Counted from the first letter of the stretch, positions 7,790 through 17,477 are shown. The stretch is 26,764 nucleotides of DNA from Alphaproteobacteria bacterium (GCA_016869775.1 VGDJ01000001.1:1-26764), one strand, 5' to 3'. A program made the numbers and translations. Notes: a model not told the origin generated them from the letters alone.

Positions 7790-10459
7790 TTAATTTGTTG
7801 ATGATTTTAAATGATTTTTTAACTCTTCGATCAATTCAAGATATAGAGATTCTATTTGAAAAACAGCTTGATTGACCATTTTTTCATCGCTTTTAAGAGC
7901 TAAATCTAATTTTTTAATAAAATTTGCAAATTTTTCAGCGCCGATATTTGCAAGAATTCCTTTAAGAGAGTGAACATATGGGTTGAGCATTTTAATGTTA
8001 CCCTCTTCAGTATGCTTTTTTATTTTGCCAATTATTTCTTGACTGTCTTCAATAAATAACTCGATTATTTTATTTTTTTCTTCAAATGAAAAATTGTTTA
8101 TAAAATTGGCATTAAAAACCAATTCTTCATTGGAGTTTTGTTTTTCAGAATGTTGATCTAAATCTATCGATTCTGCATATATACTTGGGTCGATTTTAAT
8201 GAAGAAATTCGCTATAATTTTTATTAGATTATCGAAATTATTGCCTTTAATAAAATAATCATCGATTCCAGCTCTAAAAAAACTTACAATCATTTCATTA
8301 GATCCGTCCCCACTAAGAGCAATAATTGGGATTCTATTTCCATAGTAAATTTTATTTTTTTCTTCAATTTTCCTAATTTCCAATGAAGCATCCTCTCCCG
8401 ATACATAATTCATATTTATATCGGTAATTATTGCATCAAAACTCGAACAACCTTTTTCATCGATGCTTTTATTATAAAGATTAATAACCTCACTACCGTT
8501 TCTTGCTTCGACCACAATAATTCCGTATTTTTCGAGAATTTTTCTAGTTATTACCCGATTTAAATCTTGATCATCAGCTAAAATAATTTTTTTACCCACC
8601 AAAATTGAAATGATTTTATTTTTATCAATTCCAAGATATAAAAAATTATCACTATAGTCAGTTATATTTTTAGCAATTGTTCTGATCAAATGATTGTTGG
8701 GCGCCACTTTGCTGATATAATCAACAAAATTATTTCTCGCTTCTCTTTTATCAAGTTCGCTGATAAAAGTTTCGTAAGATAGTGATGTGGCGGCAATAAT
8801 TGGAACGTTATTTCTAATTCTTTTAATTCTATGACTAGCCTCAATGCCATCAATATGAGGCATTTGAATGTCCATCAGAACTAGGTTATATCGATAAGAT
8901 TCAGACATTAAAATTGCTTCCTTGCCACTATTAGCGATATCACATGATATTCTGGGCATTAATTTCTCAATTTTAGTTTTTAAAGCGATTAGGTTTATTT
9001 TATGATCATCAACTAGTAATATTTTTTTTAATTTACTAATCTCTTGGGCCCTTTGAAGCTCTTCATTGGTCGGATAACTGAATAACAATGAAAATTTTGT
9101 CCAGCCCTGCCCGCCATAACCATATTCAGATTCACACATGATATCACCGCCAAGGATTTTCATGTTCTTTTTACAAAAAGCTAGACCAAGTCCAGTTCCA
9201 CCTTTTTTACTAAAAGTTGTAAAATCTTTAAATAATTTAGTAATTTTTGAAGCCTGAATTCCAGGTCCGTTATCGGTAAAACTGATAATATTATATACCC
9301 TATTATTAATAAATTGCTGATCAAAACTAATCTTGATAGTCATATTTGGAAATTGATGCACATAGTAAAGAGCATTTTTGATGATATTATTGAAGATAAA
9401 ATAAAATCTTTGTTTGGTTATTTTAAAAAACAGATTTTCTATTTTAGTATCTTTGGGGGCTTCAAATATTATTCTATTTGCATATGAGGATTGAGGATAA
9501 TGTCTTTGAATTAATTCAATTATTTCAGTTGTATTTGCATAATAATATTCAGTCTCATCGATATTTTTTTCTCGTAAATCACTTAATACCAGATCAATAA
9601 TATCATTGGCATCTTTGGATGATTTTGATATTGAGTCGACAAATTCAATTAATGAATTTCTTTCACTATCGGCCAAATTGGAGTTCTCAACAATTTTTTT
9701 GACCAAATCGTCGTTATAAAGATTTTTTTTAACTAATATAATCTCGTTTTCACTTAAGGTAGTTCTTTGAACCTGATTAATCAGGTTTTCGATTTGAACA
9801 ATAACCGCATTAATACTATTCAAAGGATTTCTAAGTTCGTGGGCAATTGAACCAGCTAATGATCGAAAAATAGTTGCTTTTCTTTTTTCAAAATCACCTT
9901 GTTTAGCTTTTTCTAAAAATAAAGTACCACAAATAAGTGCCAGTGGTAAAAGTGTAATAGCATACCGAAGTTCATGAATTGGAATCGAAATAGTGTTAAA
10001 GCTATTAATCAAAAAAAAATAATAACCAAGATAAACGCCCAGTGATAGAACCACAGAAATTACCACAAAATTTGTAATAAAAAGAATAACTAGAAAAATC
10101 ATAATAGTTTCAGCCACTATCCACATAATAGAAACATCATTCATTAGCATGATATAAGTATAAGTTATCGGCAAAATCCACATAACCCACAAATACCAAT
10201 AAATCATGAATAGCGGTTTAAATTTTTGGTAATTTCGTTCAGTTTTATATAAAAAAAGTATAACCAACAATGAGCACAAACTGGAGCTAAATCTAAAAAA
10301 AACGCTATCGAACTTTTCGTTCAGCAAATAGACATTTACCGCCCAATAAAATGGGTGACCAACAAAAAATATGATTGAGCCAAAGAAAATGTTGTATCTA
10401 CTCCTCTCATAATCTTCATTGAGAAATTGTACAACTCTTTGGAATAGCTGATTGAACAT
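7790..10459 (-). CDS. Hybrid sensor histidine kinase, CqsS/LqsS-like sensor + HisKA + HATPase + REC + REC + Hpt (receptor 2, paralogue of receptor 1)
   Basis: IMLMNDVSIMW closely matches recalled Vibrio CqsS MMLMNDWSTIW; VGHPFYW resembles CqsS LGFPAYY; SIAHELRNPL; IKNALYY; DNGPGI; GTGLGLAFC; LMDIQMP; ITDINM; Hpt VHSLKGILANIGA. Confidence 0.9.
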   Translation of the reverse strand: MFNQLFQRVVQFLNEDYERSRYNIFFGSIIFFVGHPFYWAVNVYLLNEKFDSVFFRFSSSLCSLLVILFLYKTERNYQKFKPLFMIYWYLWVMWILPITYTYIMLMNDVSIMWIVAETIMIFLVILFITNFVVISVVLSLGVYLGYYFFLINSFNTISIPIHELRYAITLLPLALICGTLFLEKAKQGDFEKRKATIFRSLAGSIAHELRNPLNSINAVIVQIENLINQVQRTTLSENEIILVKKNLYNDDLVKKIVENSNLADSERNSLIEFVDSISKSSKDANDIIDLVLSDLREKNIDETEYYYANTTEIIELIQRHYPQSSYANRIIFEAPKDTKIENLFFKITKQRFYFIFNNIIKNALYYVHQFPNMTIKISFDQQFINNRVYNIISFTDNGPGIQASKITKLFKDFTTFSKKGGTGLGLAFCKKNMKILGGDIMCESEYGYGGQGWTKFSLLFSYPTNEELQRAQEISKLKKILLVDDHKINLIALKTKIEKLMPRISCDIANSGKEAILMSESYRYNLVLMDIQMPHIDGIEASHRIKRIRNNVPIIAATSLSYETFISELDKREARNNFVDYISKVAPNNHLIRTIAKNITDYSDNFLYLGIDKNKIISILVGKKIILADDQDLNRVITRKILEKYGIIVVEARNGSEVINLYNKSIDEKGCSSFDAIITDINMNYVSGEDASLEIRKIEEKNKIYYGNRIPIIALSGDGSNEMIVSFFRAGIDDYFIKGNNFDNLIKIIANFFIKIDPSIYAESIDLDQHSEKQNSNEELVFNANFINNFSFEEKNKIIELFIEDSQEIIGKIKKHTEEGNIKMLNPYVHSLKGILANIGAEKFANFIKKLDLALKSDEKMVNQAVFQIESLYLELIEELKNHLKSSTN

Positions 10460-10575
10460 TTAGGGATGATTTTAATGAGTTTTTATAATCATAAAAATTT
10501 GGATTATAAATTACTACCAACAAATATTGCCGATTTATTCAACTCTGTTGAAAATATAATCTAAAAAATACCAAT

Positions 10576-10613
10576 AAAAAAGGTTCCTCAACTTAAATTG
10601 AAGAACCTTTTTT
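10576..10613 (-). terminator. Rho-independent terminator downstream of fadL
   Basis: AAAAAAGGTTC(10576-10586) / GAACCTTTTTT(10603-10613) inverted repeat with inner TCAA/TTGA pairing. On the minus-strand RNA the single mismatch is a G-U pair, followed by a U6 tail, 25-60 bp past the fadL stop. Confidence 0.8.
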
Positions 10614-10638
10614 AGTAAGCTAATAAAATATGATTTTT

Positions 10639-11898
10639 CTAAAACTGCTTTTTAATTGCTAATGAAATCACATCAACCGAAGTATGATATTGTCCACTTA
10701 AAGTACCTTCAATGTTGTTACTACCCATGCTCTTAATATCAATTCTGCCGGTTTTATAAAATTGATGAACATATGCCAAATCTAATTCTAAATCATTGTC
10801 AAATTTATGATTTAGACCAGCACTTAGCCAATATTTATTTGAAGCTGGCACTCTCGGCTCACGATTTCTATTGTTAATAGCTTCTTTTTCGTAAGCCAAA
10901 CCAGCTCTGAGTATATTTTTATTATTTAAGCTATAATTCGCACCGATCGAGTAAAGAATTGAATCGTTCCAATTGAAGTTAGATGAAGAGCTAAACAATG
11001 GATTGTCGTAGGCATTAAGGCTTAATTTTTCTAATTTTGACCATCTAGTCCAAATTGAATCGGCAACCAATTGAAAGTCTTTAGAAAAATTATGCGATAA
11101 GCCTATTGATAAAGACTCTGGGGTAGAAGTTTTAGACTTAAAGCGTGAGGAGGCGACATTTTGCAATTCTGTGCTGCCCTTAATATTATGAACAATCTTT
11201 GAACGATAACCCACGCCAATTTTTGTGTCTTGATTTATTTTGTATGTGGCACCTAAGTTAAAACCATAGCCCATATCACTTCCTGAAACTTCTCCGATTT
11301 GATCAGCATAAGTAGTTGGATCTTTTGAAAGAGTAGAAAGTTTAACTTCATAACGTTGCGCAACTAACCCAGCACCAACCGATAAATCATCGGTAATTTT
11401 GTAGGCCAATGATGGATTAAAATTTAGAGTTTTAATTGAACTGTTTAAAGCACGATATTTACCGGTCCAATCGGCTCGATATGATGTTTTTAAACCAAAA
11501 GGTGAAGTAAGGGCAAAATTTAAAGACAACTTATTAGAGATTGGTGAAGAAATATAAAAAGCTGGAATTAAGTTTTCACTACCAATATTGCTTGGATCAC
11601 GACCATTTGTTGAACCAAAAGCATTTGAACCAGTCATGTTATCAGGGTCAATTTTTAGATTTAAATAGCTCATCGAGAGTATAGCTTCATTTTTCTTGGC
11701 TCCAGCTGTTATGGATGGATTAAAAAAACTATCACTAACATCGTGAGAACCAGTGGTTGAGCCTGCATAACTATTGCCAAGACCTGAAGTTGAATAAATA
11801 TAAGTAGAATATCCTCCAGCAAAAGCGCTAGAATAAATTGATGATGAGAGCGCAATCGAAAGCACGGCTTTTTTAAAGTGTTTTGTATAATTTTTCAT
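10639..11898 (-). CDS. fadL: OmpP1/FadL-family outer-membrane channel for hydrophobic molecules
   Basis: Signal peptide ending SSAFA; hatch motif STSGLGNSYAG; FFNPS (NPA variant); FGLKTSY; LNFNPSLAYKI; REPRVP; C-terminal Phe. Confidence 0.88.
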   Translation of the reverse strand: MKNYTKHFKKAVLSIALSSSIYSSAFAGGYSTYIYSTSGLGNSYAGSTTGSHDVSDSFFNPSITAGAKKNEAILSMSYLNLKIDPDNMTGSNAFGSTNGRDPSNIGSENLIPAFYISSPISNKLSLNFALTSPFGLKTSYRADWTGKYRALNSSIKTLNFNPSLAYKITDDLSVGAGLVAQRYEVKLSTLSKDPTTYADQIGEVSGSDMGYGFNLGATYKINQDTKIGVGYRSKIVHNIKGSTELQNVASSRFKSKTSTPESLSIGLSHNFSKDFQLVADSIWTRWSKLEKLSLNAYDNPLFSSSSNFNWNDSILYSIGANYSLNNKNILRAGLAYEKEAINNRNREPRVPASNKYWLSAGLNHKFDNDLELDLAYVHQFYKTGRIDIKSMGSNNIEGTLSGQYHTSVDVISLAIKKQF

Positions 11899-12312
11899 AG
11901 TATTAATATTTTATAATAAGATTTGATGATATTTGAATTTATTAAAAACTTTTCGTAATTATTATAGTCTTTTATTACAAATTTAAATTTAAATATTTTT
12001 TATAAACATACATTTTGCTCCTTATTGGAACGCAAAAAAACTTTTAAAACACATAGAACCAAACTTAACCAAAAATTTATAAATAGGCTCCTGAGGCTCT
12101 TGGCAGGGTTATGCAATATTTGGCATTTCATCTCAAAAATAAGCTTAATCAAAAAAATAAATCAAAATTTACATTTTATTTTTATAAATTATAAAATACT
12201 CAGAATTGATGATTTACATTGTTCGACCGCTATTCAATCTAGTTTTTGACATAATTAAATTCTTATTAAATCACATTTTCGTAAACAAATTTTACAATAA
12301 AATTATTAATTT

Positions 12313-13344
12313 ATGCAATTTATTGATGAAGCCAAAATTCATGTTCAATCCGGCAATGGTGGAAATGGAGCTTCAAGCTTTCGTAGAGAAAAATTTATTC
12401 CACGCGGAGGACCAGATGGTGGCGACGGTGGTCGCGGCGGTAGCGTAATTTTTCGATGCGTTAAAAATCTCAATACTTTGATTGACTTTCGTTTTAAACA
12501 ACATTTTTTTGCTAAAAACGGTGAGTCTGGAAGAGGTCGAAATCAAAACGGCCTATCAGGTGAAAATCTTATCTTGAATGTTCCGATCGGTACGCAAATT
12601 TTTAATGAGGAGAATCATGAATTAATTGCCGACCTAATGAATGATGGCGAAGAAATTATCATCGCCAAGGGTGGACGAGGCGGACTTGGCAACTCAAACT
12701 TCAAAAGCTCGACAAATCGCGCACCAACTTATGCTCAAAAAGGTGAAGAAGGTGAAAAATTTTGGGTCAGACTTCAATTAAAACTTCTCTCGGATGCAGG
12801 ATTGCTCGGCATGCCTAACGCTGGCAAATCAACATTTTTATCGGTAACAACTCGAGCTAAACCTAAAATCGCCGATTACCCTTTTACAACATTAAAACCT
12901 CAATTAGGAGTTGTTTACGTTGATAATAAGGAATTTGTTCTAGCCGATATTCCTGGTTTAATCGAGGGCGCAAGTGAGGGTAAAGGTTTGGGCGATAGGT
13001 TTTTAAAGCACATCGAAAGGTGCGGTGTTTTGCTTCATCTTATTGATGCAACTGCTGAAAATATTGTTGAAAATTACAATATTATTCGTCAAGAATTGGC
13101 CGGTTATAATGAAGAATTACTTACCAAGCCCGAAATTATTGCTCTAAATAAAATCGATATGATTGACTCAAAAGATTTAACTAAAAAATTTAATCAACTT
13201 AAAAAATTTGTTAGCAAAAACCACAATCAAGCTCCGCAAATTTTTAAAATTTCAGCACTCACTAATGATGGAATTGATGAAGTTTTACGCGCTCTTCTTC
13301 AGCAAATTAAACTATATCACGATAACAATGACCAATCAAACTAA
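12313..13344 (+). CDS. obgE: GTPase ObgE/CgtA
   Basis: [19 protein letters not shown]; [12 protein letters not shown]; G1 GMPNAGKST; DYPFTTL; DIPG; NKID. Confidence 0.98.
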   Translation: MQFIDEAKIHVQSGNGGNGASSFRREKFIPRGGPDGGDGGRGGSVIFRCVKNLNTLIDFRFKQHFFAKNGESGRGRNQNGLSGENLILNVPIGTQIFNEENHELIADLMNDGEEIIIAKGGRGGLGNSNFKSSTNRAPTYAQKGEEGEKFWVRLQLKLLSDAGLLGMPNAGKSTFLSVTTRAKPKIADYPFTTLKPQLGVVYVDNKEFVLADIPGLIEGASEGKGLGDRFLKHIERCGVLLHLIDATAENIVENYNIIRQELAGYNEELLTKPEIIALNKIDMIDSKDLTKKFNQLKKFVSKNHNQAPQIFKISALTNDGIDEVLRALLQQIKLYHDNNDQSN

Positions 13345-14080
13345 ACAATGCGCCCTAATAACGGGCGGTAGTCAAAGAATTGGTAAAGAAATGGCAATAT
13401 TTTTGGCACAAAATAACTATGATGTGGTTATTCATTATAATAAATCAGAAAAATCTGCACAAGAATTGTTGAAATTTTTAAAACAACAATATCGCATTAA
13501 TGGAGGCATAGTTGGTGGAGATTTAAGCGATAAATCCTCGACCCGTGAAATTGCAAATTACATGATCAACAACTTTCCGAACTGGAATTTACTAATCAAC
13601 AATGCTTCAATTTTTAATAAATCAAAATTCATCGAAAATATCGAGGATGAGTTCGAAAAAAACCTCGCAATTCACCTAATTTCGCCAACTTTTCTAAGTT
13701 ATTTTTTCGCTAAAAATGTTATCAATAACAACATTTCTGATGCCCAAATTATTAACATGATCGACAAAAATATCGCTCGTTACGATACCATAAATTTTTA
13801 TTATCTTTTATCAAAAAAATGTTTAGCAGAATTTACCAAAATGTTAGCTCTTCAATTGGCACCCATGGTCAGAGTTAACGCTTTAGCACCAGGATACATT
13901 TTGCCTGCAACCGATTCATGCATAAACCACGCTCATATCACTTCAAAAATAATTCCAGTTAAAAAAATTGGACACCCTAAAAATATTGTTCAAACTCTCG
14001 AATTTTTACTCAAAAACGATTTTATCAATGGACAAATTTTATCAATCGATGGGGGCGCTTCTTTAAATCATGCTGGATAA
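13328..14080 (+). CDS. Short-chain dehydrogenase/reductase, pteridine reductase (PTR1/FolM)-like
   Basis: TGGSQRIG; LINNASIF; NMID; YLLSK (YxxxK); VNALAPG. ATG 13328 preferred to the track start at 13208. Confidence 0.8.
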   Translation: MTNQTKQCALITGGSQRIGKEMAIFLAQNNYDVVIHYNKSEKSAQELLKFLKQQYRINGGIVGGDLSDKSSTREIANYMINNFPNWNLLINNASIFNKSKFIENIEDEFEKNLAIHLISPTFLSYFFAKNVINNNISDAQIINMIDKNIARYDTINFYYLLSKKCLAEFTKMLALQLAPMVRVNALAPGYILPATDSCINHAHITSKIIPVKKIGHPKNIVQTLEFLLKNDFINGQILSIDGGASLNHAG

Positions 14081-14903
14081 TTCAAACCTTTTTCCAATCT
14101 CTATATTCGCAGGACGCGGTCAATTGCCAAAAATATTAATCGATGATTGTTTAACCAAAAATCGGCGCTTTAAATTATTTTTATTGCATGGCGAAAATTA
14201 TGAAATTGATTACTCAAGATATAATCCAATAACTCTCGGCTACGGTGAAATTGAAAAATTTCTTAAAATACTTAAAGATGAAAATTTGAAACATATTGTT
14301 TTTATCGGAGCGGTTACTAAGCCAAACTTTGCAAGTTTGAAGGTAGATAAAAAGGGTGCAATTTTACTTGGCAAAATTATCGCCAACAAAATTTTAGGCG
14401 ACGATGCAGTTCTTCGAACAGTTATAAATTTCTTTGAAAAAGAGGGTTTAAAAATTATTAGAATTGATGAACTACTCGATTGCGTTATATCAACAAAAAC
14501 AACTTTAACAAAAATTTTACCAAATACTCAAAATTTGATCGACATCGAAATTGGTGCCAAAGCAATCAAGCATTTTTCAAAATTCGATGTTGGACAATCG
14601 ATCGTAGTTTCACAAAAACAAATTATTGCGGTTGAAGCGCTTGAAGGAACAGATGAAATGATTGCAAGATGCTCTAAGCTTGAAGCTGAATTTGCCAAAA
14701 ATGCCATTTTAATTAAAATGAAAAAAATTTATCAAACTACTAAGGCTGATCTTCCAACAATAGGAGTTGAAACTATCGAAAAATGTGCCAAAGCCAAAAT
14801 AATTGGAATTGCCATAGAAACCAATAATACCTTAGTTTTAGACAAAGAAAATGTTATCAAAAAAGCCAATGAATTGGGTTTATTTTTAACCACCATAAAA
14901 TGA
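14070..14903 (+). CDS. lpxI: UDP-2,3-diacylglucosamine pyrophosphatase LpxI
   Basis: IFAGRGQLP; DVGQSIVV; AVEALEGTDEMI; DLPTIG. Confidence 0.92.
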   Translation: MLDNSNLFPISIFAGRGQLPKILIDDCLTKNRRFKLFLLHGENYEIDYSRYNPITLGYGEIEKFLKILKDENLKHIVFIGAVTKPNFASLKVDKKGAILLGKIIANKILGDDAVLRTVINFFEKEGLKIIRIDELLDCVISTKTTLTKILPNTQNLIDIEIGAKAIKHFSKFDVGQSIVVSQKQIIAVEALEGTDEMIARCSKLEAEFAKNAILIKMKKIYQTTKADLPTIGVETIEKCAKAKIIGIAIETNNTLVLDKENVIKKANELGLFLTTIK

Positions 14904-16138
14904 TTTTAGAAACCGAAAAATCTTTAATTTTATCTAAACTTCCAAACGAAACTCGAATAATTTTTAATATCTTTGGTGATAATATTCGTTTGGTTGGAGG
15001 ATGTGTTCGAGATTTGTTATTAAATCATCAAATCAATGATTTTGATTTCGCCTGCATATTTGAACCCAAAAAAGTTCAAGATTTACTTTTGCAAAATAAT
15101 ATTAGATCAATTCCTACCGGCTTAAAACATGGAACAATCACCGCTTTGGTTGGTAAATTTCAATTTCAAATTACCACTTTACGACGAGATATACAGCATT
15201 TTGGTCGCAATTGCGAAGTAGCTTTTACCGATGATTTTATCGAAGACGCAAAAAGAAGAGATTTTACAATTAACGCTCTTTATCTTGATAGATTTGGCAA
15301 TATTTATGATTATTTTAACGGCATAAATGATTTAAATAATAAAAGGGTTTGCTTTATTGGCGACCCAAAACAAAGAATACAAGAAGATTCCTTAAGAATT
15401 TTAAGATTTTTTAGATTTTCAAGTTATTTCAGCAAAAACCTTGATGAGCAAGGTTTGCAGGCTTGCATTGATTTAAAAGAATCCCTCAAAATTATTTCAA
15501 AGGAGCGCGTTCGTGATGAATTTTGCAAAATTCTAAAATCACCTGATCACCAACAATTAAATAAAATTTTACAACTCATTAATCACGAAAATTTTGATCA
15601 AATATTATGGCAATCAAACATCGATAATCTTGGCTTTGAAAGACTTTTAAATTTTACAAATCTTATTCCTCAAAAAAACTTGTTTTTAAGCAAAATAACT
15701 ACAATTTTTGTGAATAGTAATTTTGACAAAAAACTTTTTTATGAAAATTTTAGAGCTAAAAATTTTGAAAAAAAATTTATCCAACTTTATCAAAATTTTC
15801 AAAATGAGCTTATGATTAATAATTTTGATTTAACAAAAATTAACCTATTTTTAATAGAATTTTCAAAAGATATTTTGGTTAGTTTTTTTGTAATTTTTTT
15901 TGCCAAAAATCCTTCGAAGCATTCAGAAAATGACTTGGAAAATATAATTAGTTACATTATAAATAAGCCAATACCGTTGTTTCCAATCACCATAAATGAT
16001 TTAATCGCAATTAATTGTCCAAAAAACAAGCTTTCTAAGGTACTTAAAAAGTTAAAAATATTATGGGCCAAAAATGATTTCAAAATATCTAGCCAAGATA
16101 TTCTAAAATCATACAATTTAGTAAATGATTTATCTTAA
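14900..16138 (+). CDS. cca: CCA tRNA nucleotidyltransferase (class II, short type)
   Basis: LVGGCVRDLLL..DFDF; EDAKRRDFTINAL; RIQEDSLRILRFFRF. ATGA overlap with lpxI. Confidence 0.9.
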   Translation: MILETEKSLILSKLPNETRIIFNIFGDNIRLVGGCVRDLLLNHQINDFDFACIFEPKKVQDLLLQNNIRSIPTGLKHGTITALVGKFQFQITTLRRDIQHFGRNCEVAFTDDFIEDAKRRDFTINALYLDRFGNIYDYFNGINDLNNKRVCFIGDPKQRIQEDSLRILRFFRFSSYFSKNLDEQGLQACIDLKESLKIISKERVRDEFCKILKSPDHQQLNKILQLINHENFDQILWQSNIDNLGFERLLNFTNLIPQKNLFLSKITTIFVNSNFDKKLFYENFRAKNFEKKFIQLYQNFQNELMINNFDLTKINLFLIEFSKDILVSFFVIFFAKNPSKHSENDLENIISYIINKPIPLFPITINDLIAINCPKNKLSKVLKKLKILWAKNDFKISSQDILKSYNLVNDLS

Positions 16139-16156
16139 AAACTTAAAATAAATACC

Positions 16157-16462
16157 ATGGCAACTTCAAAGCAAGAGCAATTATACAACGAAATCATTCA
16201 ATATTATGATTTTGCTGAAAAACTGGTTCAAATAACTGAGAATAGCCAAGATGAAATAGCCGAACAGCAATTCGAAATTATTCAAGAGGCCATCGAAAGA
16301 TTTGAAAAATGCGCCGATTTTCTCGCTAATCAATATATTGAATATGTCAAAACTGGTGAGAGTTCACAATTAGTTGACGCAACTCGTTCATCACTTCGAG
16401 ACATATCTGCAAAACTTGAAGAATGTCGCAATAAAATTCTGATTCTTCATAACAAAGACTAA
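16157..16462 (+). CDS. Hypothetical acidic helical protein, 101 aa
   Basis: ATG ORF fitting exactly between cca and ispB on the same strand (18-bp and 2-bp gaps); amphipathic helical pattern; no motif recognised. Confidence 0.7.
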   Translation: MATSKQEQLYNEIIQYYDFAEKLVQITENSQDEIAEQQFEIIQEAIERFEKCADFLANQYIEYVKTGESSQLVDATRSSLRDISAKLEECRNKILILHNKD

Positions 16463-16464
16463 GG

Positions 16465-17457
16465 ATGCAAAAAATTAACCAAATCACCAATTTATACTCA
16501 TCAGAACTTAATGCTGTTAATGACATAATCTTATCCAATAGCGTTGGCAAATCTGATTTAATTCAGGAAATTACCAAAAATCTTATTAATTCTGGAGGCA
16601 AAAGAATTCGACCGCTACTACTTATTATTACTTCAAAATTATGTGGCTCAACAAATCCTGAATCATATCTCAACCTAGCTTCTGCCGTTGAAATGATTCA
16701 CAACGCCACCCTGTTGCATGATGACGTGGTCGATATGAGCGAAATTCGTCGTGGTAAAAAAACTGCCAATGCGATTTGGGATAACAAAGCTTCAATCTTA
16801 GTGGGTGATTATCTATTTTCTTTATCTTTTCAATTAATGGTCAAAAGCCAAAATCTCGCGGTCTTGGAATTATTATCAAAAACCTCTTCAATTATTGCTG
16901 ATGGAGAAGTTCTTCAACTTCAAAACTCTCACAATATTCATATTTCCACTGATAAATATTTTGAAATAATTTTCGGTAAAACTGCCGTTTTATTTTCAGC
17001 TTGTTGTGAGGTTGGAGCATTAATAAATAATCTTCCAAACCAACAAATTAAAAATCTCAGAGATTTCGGCAAAAACATTGGAATGATATTTCAAATAGTT
17101 GACGATATTTTAGATTATTCGTCAAACCAAGAAACTCTTGGCAAAGATTTGGGTAACGATTTTTTTGAGGGCAAAATAACTTTTCCAATTATCAAAACCT
17201 TGCAATCCGCCAATTCACAAGAACAAGAATTTATTTCCGAAACTTTCACAACAAATCTTCATCAATCACAAAAAGATTTAGCATCATTTGAAAAAGTTTT
17301 AGCAATTATAAAAAAATATGACGCTCTCAATCAGTGCAAGAAATTAGCGAGTCAAATTGCAGTTGAAGCTTCAAACAATCTAAGTTTTTTTGAAAATAAT
17401 ACCTTTAAAAATCAAATGCTTGAGATTCTCGAATATTCACTTCATAGAATTTCATAA
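16465..17457 (+). CDS. ispB: Octaprenyl/polyprenyl diphosphate synthase
   Basis: GGKRIRP; FARM LHDDVVD..RRG; GKTA; SARM FQIVDDILDY; GKITFP. Confidence 0.93.
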   Translation: MQKINQITNLYSSELNAVNDIILSNSVGKSDLIQEITKNLINSGGKRIRPLLLIITSKLCGSTNPESYLNLASAVEMIHNATLLHDDVVDMSEIRRGKKTANAIWDNKASILVGDYLFSLSFQLMVKSQNLAVLELLSKTSSIIADGEVLQLQNSHNIHISTDKYFEIIFGKTAVLFSACCEVGALINNLPNQQIKNLRDFGKNIGMIFQIVDDILDYSSNQETLGKDLGNDFFEGKITFPIIKTLQSANSQEQEFISETFTTNLHQSQKDLASFEKVLAIIKKYDALNQCKKLASQIAVEASNNLSFFENNTFKNQMLEILEYSLHRIS

Positions 17458-17477
17458 TTTTTACAAATTTATAAATC

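Noticed and set aside
308-10459. Assigning the symbols cqsS, lqsS or luxN
   Set aside because: Similarity is from recalled motifs, the domain architecture differs and the ligand is unknown.
7790-11898. fadL and receptor 2 as one operon
   Set aside because: A strong intrinsic terminator at 10576-10613 separates them; only read-through could link them.
12025-12448. ORFs 12025-12249 and 12206-12448 in the fadL-obgE gap
   Set aside because: Low-complexity K/I/F/N-rich translation of AT-rich promoter DNA; the second overlaps obgE out of frame.
14700-14770. LpxI possibly inactive (YQTTKAD instead of the usual QDxRxD)
   Set aside because: The Asp of DLPTIG, which I recall as the catalytic residue, is retained and the other motifs are intact.
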